From a virus (taxonomy: Duplodnaviria > Caudoviricetes), in IMG/VR virus record IMGVR_UViG_3300020042_003898, positions 1,037 through 65,036 of that record: 64,000 nt of DNA, one strand, 5' to 3'. Under the pieces are notes generated by a model. The model had not been told where the DNA came from and ran no database searches. It worked only from the letters and a program-made list of their open reading frames with translations. Positions 54,825 to 63,370 of this stretch are shown here, one piece after another (position 1 is the stretch's first letter; every line of letters begins with the position of its first letter). Made by a program: the position numbers and the translations under genes.

Positions 54825-56534
54825 TTATAGACTACTAAAGCCTGTTACAGTAACTACTAAACCAGTAATAGATACTGTAGTAGTTATACTTACTGTATTA
54901 ACATCTGTGCTAACCGCTTGAACTTGAACTTGTTGGTTGTTGTACATACAATTAATTGTGAAAGCATCTCTATTAACAAGTTGTAAGTTATGCACAAAAG
55001 AATAAGGTGTATTTGCTGTAGTGTTAATACTAGAGAAATAACCTTTTACTACATTAGAAGGAACAGCAGTAGAAGAAGAAGCATTCAGGCTACCTGATAT
55101 CCTCCAATCTATATAATCTCCACCTTCAGTAGTACTCACTACTCTAGCGTTTACTGCATTAGTATAAGCATCTCTTGCTTCATAAATTACAGTAGCAATT
55201 GGTACAAACTCAGCAAAAGGTAAACCAGTAAGACTTGCTATTTCTGTTTTTGCGGCAGCATTAACTTCTGCTTTAGTAACGTACTGCTTACCAAGTAAAG
55301 CAATTACAGGTTCATTAATATTATTTGTAGCAAGAATATGTACAAGAAAAAAGTTATTATTAGTAACTTCACCCAATGACCAAATACCAGCAGTTTCTGA
55401 ATTAAATGCAGGTTTAGTTCCTGTAGTATAACTTGGACTATCACCTGATAGTACTAAAGGATAATTATCAGCAGTAGTCTTATACCAGTTAGTCGCTGCA
55501 CCTAATCTATAAAAGACAGGAAAGTTACCTAGAGCAGCAAGAGTCTGTGGAAGGTCATTAGTAATAGTATGCTCAATATCTTCGTCTGCAATCCTACCAT
55601 CTAAGATACCAAACTGAGCATGACTAGATAGTGAACCATTACCATCTACAATCATACCAGTAAGACTTAAACCACTTCTGTACTGTGTACCTAACGATAG
55701 ATGCAAGTGCGCTTGAGTAGCACCATCCATCTGCATCCCATGTCTTTCATCAGCGAAGTAAATTGCTTGCTGCTGATCAACTTGCCAGTAAATAATACTG
55801 ACCATTGCGTGTTTAAGAAATAAATCTGAGTTAAAAGTACCAGTAACTTTCAGTACTGAATCAGTAGAATCAAAGTAGATATAGTACAAACCTGTAGTAT
55901 TAAGGATGGTAACACTATCACTTGTATTTTTATAAATCTCACCACCTGCTAACCAAAGGGTATATCCTTCAGCAACAGGACTAATAGTAAATATTCTAGT
56001 TGTGTTACTAAACGCTAAAGCAGAAGTTGTTCTATTTACAAAACCAGTAGGCTCAATTCCACCTAATGTTTTTGTTTGAGATAAACTAACGTAGTTCTCT
56101 ATAGTCTCATCTACATTAATAGGCTTAGTAACAAGTTTCTCTGCTGTATCAAAAGTAAGAACAAGTCTATTCTTTTCATCAAAATCAGCAGCAACTAATG
56201 TTCTATCTTGACCTACAGGAAGAGCATTCTTACCAAGAAACTCTTTCTTCATCGGTTGGCGTACAGCAGAATCCTCTACAACAGGGATAGGAGCCTCTAC
56301 AGCGCGTTTTTGAAGTACAGCCGATAGATGAGAAGGAGGCTTAGGTTTTAAAGGCTCTGAGAGCCTCCTAGAGCCTTTCTCTATAGCGTTCATTGAGGCT
56401 ATACCAGAGAAGATACATTCATCTTCTGTAAGACCTCTATCCTTAGCAGAGTTATAAGCAGTTAAGAATACTTTCTTTGATCTTTCTGATTTATTCTGAA
56501 CTGCTGGAGGCAGCACGTTTTCATCATATAGCAT
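54825..56534 (-). CDS. ChaB-like N-terminal domain fused to a fibre-like body
   Basis: 'LPPAVQNKSERSKKVFLTAYNSA' ChaB pattern; 'EPTGF.NRT.S...F', 'TTGLYYIYFD'; start reassigned to MLYDEN. Confidence 0.6.
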   Translation of the reverse strand: MLYDENVLPPAVQNKSERSKKVFLTAYNSAKDRGLTEDECIFSGIASMNAIEKGSRRLSEPLKPKPPSHLSAVLQKRAVEAPIPVVEDSAVRQPMKKEFLGKNALPVGQDRTLVAADFDEKNRLVLTFDTAEKLVTKPINVDETIENYVSLSQTKTLGGIEPTGFVNRTTSALAFSNTTRIFTISPVAEGYTLWLAGGEIYKNTSDSVTILNTTGLYYIYFDSTDSVLKVTGTFNSDLFLKHAMVSIIYWQVDQQQAIYFADERHGMQMDGATQAHLHLSLGTQYRSGLSLTGMIVDGNGSLSSHAQFGILDGRIADEDIEHTITNDLPQTLAALGNFPVFYRLGAATNWYKTTADNYPLVLSGDSPSYTTGTKPAFNSETAGIWSLGEVTNNNFFLVHILATNNINEPVIALLGKQYVTKAEVNAAAKTEIASLTGLPFAEFVPIATVIYEARDAYTNAVNARVVSTTEGGDYIDWRISGSLNASSSTAVPSNVVKGYFSSINTTANTPYSFVHNLQLVNRDAFTINCMYNNQQVQVQAVSTDVNTVSITTTVSITGLVVTVTGFSSL

Positions 56535-56572
56535 ACCGCCTCCATTCAAGATTATTAAACTGCTTTTCTAGA

Positions 56573-56791
56573 TTATTCAATTCTGTACTTTGACTTGATA
56601 ATCTCTTCTACGCTTTTCTTAACTTTCTTCTCTGCTTGTTCTGCATTTTGCATAGCAGCAAGTGAAGCGATTCTTGCTTTCTCTTCTGACTTAGTTGATC
56701 TATATGTTTCATTGAAAACACGAATTGCTACTTCACGAACTTTAAGAGATTTCTTTGAAGCCCATTGTGGTACGTTATCTTTTGAGTACAT
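56573..56791 (-). CDS. ChaB-like small protein
   Basis: 'YS..NVP.W.....REVAIRVFN..Y...SEEKARIAS.AA' pattern. Confidence 0.6.
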   Translation of the reverse strand: MYSKDNVPQWASKKSLKVREVAIRVFNETYRSTKSEEKARIASLAAMQNAEQAEKKVKKSVEEIIKSKYRIE

Positions 56792-56807
56792 TATATTTCC
56801 TTATAGA

Positions 56808-58313
56808 TTAAGCAGCGTTATCTAAGTTTAAGGTAGAAGTATCAGTACCGCTTACTTCTGTACTAGTACCCTGACCAGCAGTTACCATACCATCACCTGC
56901 TCTTGAAGTATTACCAGATAAGATATCTGTCTGAGGATCTAGGCTATCAGGAAGAGCATCTAGTCCAGCAGCAGTTCTAACTGCATTAAGAACAGCGCGA
57001 TCCTTCTCTACTAGACCAACAGAACTAACACGTTGCCAGTACTTACTTAGTGTCTCAAGATCAACTGCGTGTAGATTCTCGTAATCTAATGAAGCACAGC
57101 GTGAAACTTCCCAACCATTTAATTCATACAACTGTCGAACTACATCTCTGTTAAAGCACTCAACAATATTATTAAGCATAGCCTCAACAGCAGAACCAGT
57201 AAGACTGTTCTTAATCTGTCCGAGAGCAAATGAACCACCACCACCTTGACCTAAGACTAGAACATCAGCAAACAAACCTGTGTAGATCTGATTCTGGTAG
57301 TATTCTTTAACCTTAGAAGTATCAAAACTCTTCTTACCACCTTCAGAACTTAGTAGTCTGATATCGAATAATTTCTCTCTTGTATCTGGATCTACTTGCG
57401 AAGGTAGAATAATACCTGATTGAGAATTGTTCTGGATATTACGAATAATATTCTTAAAGTTTTCATAAATAAGTTTCTGTTCAGAAGAAGCATCAGAAGA
57501 CATATACTGCGCTGGAATCTCAAGGATAGGAATACCCTGAAGATCTCGTGCTACACCAGAGGCTTCGATCTCTTGGATCACCTCAAGGTATCTCCAAGCA
57601 AGATAAACATCCCTTAAGGGACTTTTACCGAAAGGATCACCTCTTGTTCTACCTGTAGTAATATGTACGTACTTACTACGTGGAAGAACTACTTCTAGAG
57701 CATTTCTTGCTGTGAAAGTATTAGTACCTACATTAGATAGGTTCTGCTTTACACCAATAATCTCATTACCTGTATCATCAAAGATGAACTTCTGGATAGT
57801 CTCTTGATTTCTTAAAGATAGTTTCTTTAAACCAATCTTACCGTCATCATACATACTACCATTAGACTTGAATCTTCTTCTGTAGACTTTCTCTACAATA
57901 GCGAAACCGTATACATTGCTTGTTAGAGCATCTCTAATGAATTGTCTGAATGGCATCTGCATATCAGATAAGCATTCATTAATAAAAGCCGCCTGTGCTT
58001 TTTCTTCTTCTGTAGCATCAATTGGAGCAATTACTCTCCAGTTTACTTTAGAGATTAAGTTTTCATACAACGTCAAACAAGCATTAATACTTGTGTGATA
58101 TGACATTTGTTTATAAGTATCAGCAGAGTAAGGCCAGTTTAACTCTCGCTTGATTTCGTCGTTAGTTACACCGTTGAATAACTGCACACCTGTATAACCA
58201 AGTTCGCCTAGTCTGAATCTTTCAGGTTCATCCATATAGTTAGAAACAAGAGCCTTTACTACAGGTGCAGAAACAGCAGAGTCAGCAGATTGATCTTTCT
58301 TAGTCCTTGCCAT
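56808..58313 (-). CDS. portal protein (DUF935-like)
   Basis: follows TerL; 'YGFA..EKVY', 'G.SPLR..Y..W', 'RDL.G.P', 'GSFALG'. Confidence 0.9.
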   Translation of the reverse strand: MARTKKDQSADSAVSAPVVKALVSNYMDEPERFRLGELGYTGVQLFNGVTNDEIKRELNWPYSADTYKQMSYHTSINACLTLYENLISKVNWRVIAPIDATEEEKAQAAFINECLSDMQMPFRQFIRDALTSNVYGFAIVEKVYRRRFKSNGSMYDDGKIGLKKLSLRNQETIQKFIFDDTGNEIIGVKQNLSNVGTNTFTARNALEVVLPRSKYVHITTGRTRGDPFGKSPLRDVYLAWRYLEVIQEIEASGVARDLQGIPILEIPAQYMSSDASSEQKLIYENFKNIIRNIQNNSQSGIILPSQVDPDTREKLFDIRLLSSEGGKKSFDTSKVKEYYQNQIYTGLFADVLVLGQGGGGSFALGQIKNSLTGSAVEAMLNNIVECFNRDVVRQLYELNGWEVSRCASLDYENLHAVDLETLSKYWQRVSSVGLVEKDRAVLNAVRTAAGLDALPDSLDPQTDILSGNTSRAGDGMVTAGQGTSTEVSGTDTSTLNLDNAA

Positions 58314-58337
58314 ATATTAAAGGCTCCTTATATTTTA

Positions 58338-59822
58338 TTAAAAATTATTACTAGGTAATGTCAAACCTGAAGATGGTAAAGATATACCAGACATTTCAAA
58401 TGAAGGTGCTTGAAACAAATCAGGCAAAGAAAATGTAGGCATTACAAAATCTTTATTCAAAAGACTAAAACAGTCACTTACGCAGTCAACTTGGTCGTCA
58501 TGATGTTTACCAGATCCATCAAATATCTCTAGTTCATCAAAGAAATCTTTATTCCATTCTGCCTTGACTACATTAACAAACCCTGCTTGCGCTACACTAC
58601 TGAAAGGAGCAAATCTAGTAATCTTAGATTTAACAGGACGTTGTAATCTACAAGTAAACCCCATCTCACCAAGTCTCATTTGTAAGTTCTTGGCATAAGC
58701 CGCAGCAGCGGCATTCGGATCTTGTGGAATAGAAATAATAACTTCTGTACCATCTTGTACTGCTGTACTAAAGATAAGTTTCTCTACTTCATGTACTCTA
58801 TCTCTTAAGCCTACTACACTTTCTATAGTATAAACTTTCGCTTTATCCTTAGAGATTAAAACACCTCTAGTCCAGTCTGGATTAGCGTACTGCTCAGAAG
58901 GCTTAGAGAAAGCAAAGTCCCAAGCACGAACCCGTTGTGTAGCCCTTGCATTTGCATGATCTACTAATCCAACCCAATCTCTCTTAAATAATCCAGATGA
59001 CTCTTGTCTAGCAAACCAAGACCCAAGTAAAAGCCTCTCCATCTCTACTCTAGGTAAAGACATTAACCTGCTTATATAATCAGGCTGTGCTTTTAATAAA
59101 GGAGGATTATCTCTACAAGTAGCAGGAATAAAAGTAAATGTAGACAGACCAGATTCATTACCTGCTCCATGAACAGCCTCTGCTTCTGCTAAAGAGTTAT
59201 ACCAAAGCATAGTATTACCTTGCCTGAAGAACCAACGCTTTACACCTGCTAGTTCTTCTTTAGGAATACCTGTATTTGGATCTAAATAGAAATCCTGAAT
59301 CCATGTTCTTAGGAATGAATTATAATCAGGATTAGTCATCATGAACATCTGTGGTTTATAATCTACATACGCATTACGTAATCTAGATAATAAATACACA
59401 ATCATATCTTCTGTGAAGTCTGTTGCTTCATCAAAAATAACTAATGAGTACTGACCACCTTTATGATCGTACATATTACTAGCGTGCTGCATATGACTGA
59501 ACTTCAGGATAGCACCATTAGGAAATAGAATCTCATTTTCTCTGTGTCTTATACGTAACCCTGTCTTATATATCGAGGTGTACATATTAACGGCTTCATG
59601 CCAGATAGAGCCGGGACTCGTAATCATTTTGCTAGTTCTACGAAAGATAACTCCCGTAGCCCTTGGGTGCTGCATAAACTTCAAAGCAATCAAAAGAGAA
59701 GTATATGTCTTACCTGATCCTGCTGAACCACCACATAAAGTAATGTTAGCATCAGAGTTCAAAAAGATCTCTTGCTTCTTCGAGGCAGGTGCTAGGCTAA
59801 CAATTTCAGTATCGTTTTGCAT
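58338..59822 (-). CDS. terL: terminase large subunit
   Basis: Walker A 'GGSAGSGKT', Walker B 'VIFDEA', 'TNPD', nuclease 'RAWDFA' and 'HDDQVD'. Confidence 0.96.
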   Translation of the reverse strand: MQNDTEIVSLAPASKKQEIFLNSDANITLCGGSAGSGKTYTSLLIALKFMQHPRATGVIFRRTSKMITSPGSIWHEAVNMYTSIYKTGLRIRHRENEILFPNGAILKFSHMQHASNMYDHKGGQYSLVIFDEATDFTEDMIVYLLSRLRNAYVDYKPQMFMMTNPDYNSFLRTWIQDFYLDPNTGIPKEELAGVKRWFFRQGNTMLWYNSLAEAEAVHGAGNESGLSTFTFIPATCRDNPPLLKAQPDYISRLMSLPRVEMERLLLGSWFARQESSGLFKRDWVGLVDHANARATQRVRAWDFAFSKPSEQYANPDWTRGVLISKDKAKVYTIESVVGLRDRVHEVEKLIFSTAVQDGTEVIISIPQDPNAAAAAYAKNLQMRLGEMGFTCRLQRPVKSKITRFAPFSSVAQAGFVNVVKAEWNKDFFDELEIFDGSGKHHDDQVDCVSDCFSLLNKDFVMPTFSLPDLFQAPSFEMSGISLPSSGLTLPSNNF

Positions 59823-59829
59823 TTAAGAT

Positions 59830-60198
59830 TTATTCTTCCGGTGTATCTCCGCTAATCATCTTTAGAGAGAATGTAGGCTGATTCTGTGCTTGGACTTCTG
59901 TCGCTTCAGCATCAGGATCTTCACTCTCGTATAAATCAAGAGTAAGCCTTCTGTAATTATCTAAAAGAATAGTAGCAGCCTTTAATTGATTCTGGTGCGC
60001 TGCTTCTTCGTTCTTCATGATCTTCGCTGCTTGCATAATAGCATCAGCAACGTGAGGTCTAATTCTACGTAGAAGCATTAAGAGTTCACGCTCTTTTAGA
60101 CTTCTGTTTGTTTCTTTACCATCTTTAGGACGACGACCACCTATATTAATATTAGGGTCAGTCATTCCACCAAGTTCTTCTCTTTTCTTAAAAACCAA
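59830..60198 (-). CDS. terS: terminase small subunit (putative), TTG start
   Basis: 'NINIGGRRPK' motif; helical; immediately upstream of TerL; SD AAGGAG. Confidence 0.7.
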   Translation of the reverse strand: MVFKKREELGGMTDPNINIGGRRPKDGKETNRSLKERELLMLLRRIRPHVADAIMQAAKIMKNEEAAHQNQLKAATILLDNYRRLTLDLYESEDPDAEATEVQAQNQPTFSLKMISGDTPEE

Positions 60199-60367
60199 TT
60201 TAATCTCCTTTATTTTGAATTAGTCCTGCTTAACAGGCTTACGGTGTTAGCCCTGCTTACTTTATACAGGATAGACTCTCGTGCTATAGTGTAATTACAC
60301 GAAGCATTTAACGGTACTCAGTCGGTGTAGTAACTCTACACAAGTCCTAAGGTAGTAGGACAGTTGG

Positions 60368-60577
60368 CTAAAGACCTGCGTCTGTTTCGTTTGAATCTAC
60401 TTCATTAAAAACAGCAGCAGTTTTACCATTAGGGTTTACCAGCATCTGTATCTCTATCTCGCACTCTTCATCTAATTCAACTACAGGAAGCACATAAGCA
60501 CAATCCTGACAGTTATAACTATCGTTATAGAACTGCGTAATTCTATAGTAACTAGCACAAGTGATACAGGTAGGCAT
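60368..60577 (-). CDS. small zinc-finger protein
   Basis: CxxC...CxxC plus acidic tail. Confidence 0.6.
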   Translation of the reverse strand: MPTCITCASYYRITQFYNDSYNCQDCAYVLPVVELDEECEIEIQMLVNPNGKTAAVFNEVDSNETDAGL

Positions 60578-60629
60578 TTATTATTAAAATCCGTAATAAA
60601 AGAAATAAAGGTTTACTTTATCGAAAGGT

Positions 60630-60653
60630 AAAAAAAAAGACTCTTTCGAGCCT
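60630..60653 (-). terminator. rho-independent terminator
   Basis: AGGCTC-GAAA-GAGTCT hairpin plus a 9-T run. Confidence 0.8.
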
Positions 60654-60993
60654 TGGTAAGTAATAAATGCTGCTTACTATACTACAGCGTCGATGCCGCC
60701 CTAACGGGCCTTACATAAGATTCCTCCTACGCTCGACAGATCTAGCATCATGGACTTGTGCTAATTGGTACATCACCTGTGAGCACAATCCTCTTCCCAT
60801 CCCAATGGGTTCTTTAAATTAGTTCCAGTTAATTATCTGGAGTTATGCAAGTTGTGCTTATCTATGATTTACGAGCAAAACAGACATAGCAGGTTTATGA
60901 AGATGCAGAGTCTATTCATTTGTATCGTCTAAGCAGGTACTATACGCTTAATATATAATTTTACAAAGACAGTATAAATAGATTTACAATTTC
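60630..60993 (-). ncRNA. candidate structured non-coding RNA (~360 nt), family unassigned
   Basis: lies between a consensus promoter and a strong terminator; no ORF in the track; many stems visible. Confidence 0.55.
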
Positions 60994-60999
60994 TAGTAA

Positions 61000-61028
61000 A
61001 TTATAACATCACAATACAGTATTGTCAA
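61000..61028 (-). promoter_or_regulatory. consensus sigma70 promoter
   Basis: TTGACA-17-TATAAT. Confidence 0.88.
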
Positions 61029-61093
61029 GGTATATGACGTTTGCTATTTCCGAATAGAGAACACAGGTAGATCTCATTAAGAGATCATGCATC

Positions 61094-61585
61094 TCATTGA
61101 GAGATAGTGTATTTCCCTAGCACTTTAATAAACTTAAGTTGAAGTTTAGTAAACTTCTTTCTTGCTATCGTTATATCAGATATCACTTCGCGCTTTATCC
61201 TACCTTTGTACTTGTATTCAAGCACGTAAGAAAAAGCATCTCTTGAATGCGGAGTAATCTTTAAATTACCAGATAAGTTCTTTAGAGACTCTTGAATAAC
61301 AAAATACTCTTTTTTAGTAATAAGAATAAGGTTATTAAGTCTATTATTATAAATATCTAAGTCTTTATGAAACACCACCTCTGTCGAGGTAGGGTAGTAG
61401 TTATGCACTAAGCACCAAACAAGTCTGTCGTACTTAATCTTTAACCTAATTGAATTTACATTAGTTATAACCATATGCTCTTCATTAGGTAGAAGTTTTC
61501 TATACCTGACTTTATCTTTAAGCACAAAGATATCTCCTGTTGTAGGGATATACTCTAAATGCTGAGATATTTCAGATATTTGCAT
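61094..61585 (-). CDS. degenerate HNH-like protein
   Basis: 'L.Y.P.TG', 'RLVW...', 'VFHKDLDIYNNRLNNL' resembles HNH_3, but the final N/H is missing. Confidence 0.6.
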   Translation of the reverse strand: MQISEISQHLEYIPTTGDIFVLKDKVRYRKLLPNEEHMVITNVNSIRLKIKYDRLVWCLVHNYYPTSTEVVFHKDLDIYNNRLNNLILITKKEYFVIQESLKNLSGNLKITPHSRDAFSYVLEYKYKGRIKREVISDITIARKKFTKLQLKFIKVLGKYTISQ

Positions 61586-61591
61586 TATAAT

Positions 61592-61882
61592 CCTTAGTGT
61601 ATCTTAGGTTGTATTCTTAGTTTAATCTTAGGTGTAATCTTGTAAGTATATACTTTGTACTTCGTTAGAAGATTAAATATACTAAGTATTAGATAGCACA
61701 TAAGATGACAACAAGATTTAAGCACTAAGGTCGTAGCACTAAACATATAGCACTAAACTCAAAACACTAAAGACTTAGCACTAAGATAAAATAATTTACT
61801 AAGTTAAATAAACTCAGTCTCTTTCAAGTCAGAATCCTGTATCTAAGATATATACCTTAGAATGTAACCTTGTAAGTATATA
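61592..61882. repeat. ordered repeat locus (iteron/pac-like)
   Basis: five AGCACTAA-type units at exact 14-bp spacing (61721-61790); opposed CTTAG units (61593-61631); 20-bp near-perfect direct repeat (61633/61863). Confidence 0.75.
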
Positions 61883-61989
61883 ATCTTATTATTGTTAAAT
61901 GGGTTAATATTTATTTTATTAGATAAGTCTTAAAGTTTAATCTTAGAATACATAACCGGCGATGTCATCTTATATACAATACAAATTTA

Positions 61990-62078
61990 ATTGTATCATA
62001 TTTTTGTGGTAAAGTCAAGGTAAGATTTAGGACTAAATTTGCTTAACCTATTGCTTTTTCAGAAAGTACTGCTATAAT
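61990..62078. promoter_or_regulatory. divergent sigma70-like promoters
   Basis: leftward TTGACT(62013-62018)-17-TACAAT; rightward TTGCTT(62051-62056)-16-TATAAT with TG. Confidence 0.7.
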
Positions 62079-62177
62079 CAAAGAGTACCTTAAAAAGAGG
62101 TGTAAATAGAAGTACTCAAAAATATATTTTATTTATTTTATAAAAAGCCATAAACCAATTGACAAGAAGGAGCAAAT

Positions 62178-62477
62178 ATGCCTGACTTTAAATATCCAAC
62201 AGTCCAGATCGAAGCCTATAACCTAGCAGAGTTCTGTACTAAAGTTCAAGAAGCCTTCATTAAAGGATTCAGATTTGATCTAGAGACAAACAGTAACTAT
62301 CCTACAGCCTTCGGAGCGTACTACTCTGCTGGTATGCAACTAAAGGTAGAATCTCCTAAAGAAGTTACCTATAATACTGTTCTAGATCCAGTTCTAGACC
62401 CAGTTGTAGAACAAGAGATTAGCGTAGATCCTCAGGAAGAGCCACAGAAGGCTACCAGAGCCTCTAAGAAGGTATAA
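62178..62477 (+). CDS. hypothetical protein
   Basis: SD AAGGAG; 99 aa. Confidence 0.7.
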   Translation: MPDFKYPTVQIEAYNLAEFCTKVQEAFIKGFRFDLETNSNYPTAFGAYYSAGMQLKVESPKEVTYNTVLDPVLDPVVEQEISVDPQEEPQKATRASKKV

Positions 62478-62561
62478 CCAAGGGCTACATAGCCAAATGA
62501 CTTATAAGACGCTCCTAGAGGCTTTAAAAGGCTTCTAGAGGTCTAGAAGAAGGAGTACGTA

Positions 62562-63338
62562 TTGAAAAGAGTAAATAAGACTCAAGATATGCTAGTCAAG
62601 AAAGAAAAGTTCGCTAGAGTTCAGTTCCCGCAGTTGCTACCTATGAATGAAAAGCAAACTCAGTTATTAGATGCTCTTAAATACAGTACATTGGTTGCAG
62701 CACAGGGTTCTGCTGGTACAGGTAAGACACTTATTTCTGTATGGCACGCTGCTAAGAGGTTGCATTACGGTGATGTTAAGAAAGTTGTCTTGATCAGAGC
62801 ATATCAACCTCTTGCTGGAAGAAGCATTGGATTCTTACCCGGTACGCTAGACGAAAAACTCCTTCCTTACTACCAACAACTTATTGATTACTTTGAGGAC
62901 TATCTAGGTAAGGCTTCTACCGAGATTCACATCAAGAACAAGACTATTGAGATCTGTAGTCTAGAGACAATCAGAGGTCGTAGTTGGAACGACAGTATTA
63001 TTATAGTAGACGAAGCACAGTCTTTATTTGTACCTGAAGTACAAGCACTAGTTACACGAGTAGGTAATAACTCACAGATGATCTTCTGTGGAGATGATAG
63101 CGGTATCCAGACAGATGTAAAGAACACAATGAACGGTCTTACTTATCTTCGTAAGATCTGTGAAAAGTACAAGATTGCTGATAGCACTTTTGTTAACTTT
63201 ACTAGAGATGAAATCGTAAGAAGCGGTATTACTAAAGAATTCGTAATTGCCTTTGAAGAAGAGTTGTTTGCTGATGCAAGAGGTGAAAGTATCATCTCTA
63301 TTCAAGATCAAGACAAGCAGTTCAAGAAATCTAGATAA
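62562..63338 (+). CDS. phoH: PhoH-like ATPase (TTG start)
   Basis: 'GSAGTGKT', 'GFLPG', 'RGRSW', 'IVDEAQ', 'FCGD', 'IVRSG'. Confidence 0.95.
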   Translation: MKRVNKTQDMLVKKEKFARVQFPQLLPMNEKQTQLLDALKYSTLVAAQGSAGTGKTLISVWHAAKRLHYGDVKKVVLIRAYQPLAGRSIGFLPGTLDEKLLPYYQQLIDYFEDYLGKASTEIHIKNKTIEICSLETIRGRSWNDSIIIVDEAQSLFVPEVQALVTRVGNNSQMIFCGDDSGIQTDVKNTMNGLTYLRKICEKYKIADSTFVNFTRDEIVRSGITKEFVIAFEEELFADARGESIISIQDQDKQFKKSR

Positions 63339-63370
63339 TAAATCTAATCTAACTAACATAAAGGATACCA

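Noticed and set aside
37434-59826. Plus-strand ORFs within the structural module, and minus-strand ORFs within replication genes
   Set aside because: Antisense shadows of long genes with biased codon usage; no independent expression signals
60221-60993. Assignment to hammerhead, twister, pistol, HDV/theta ribozyme, tmRNA, RNase P RNA or group I intron
   Set aside because: I could not find the core consensus elements (CUGANGA+GAAA, pistol P1/pseudoknot, tRNA-like ends, GAGGAAAGUCC, R/S elements); left unassigned pending a covariance-model search
61721-61790. Mini CRISPR array
   Set aside because: The repeat core is 8 bp and the variable part 6 bp, far too short for CRISPR repeats and spacers; no cas genes in the window
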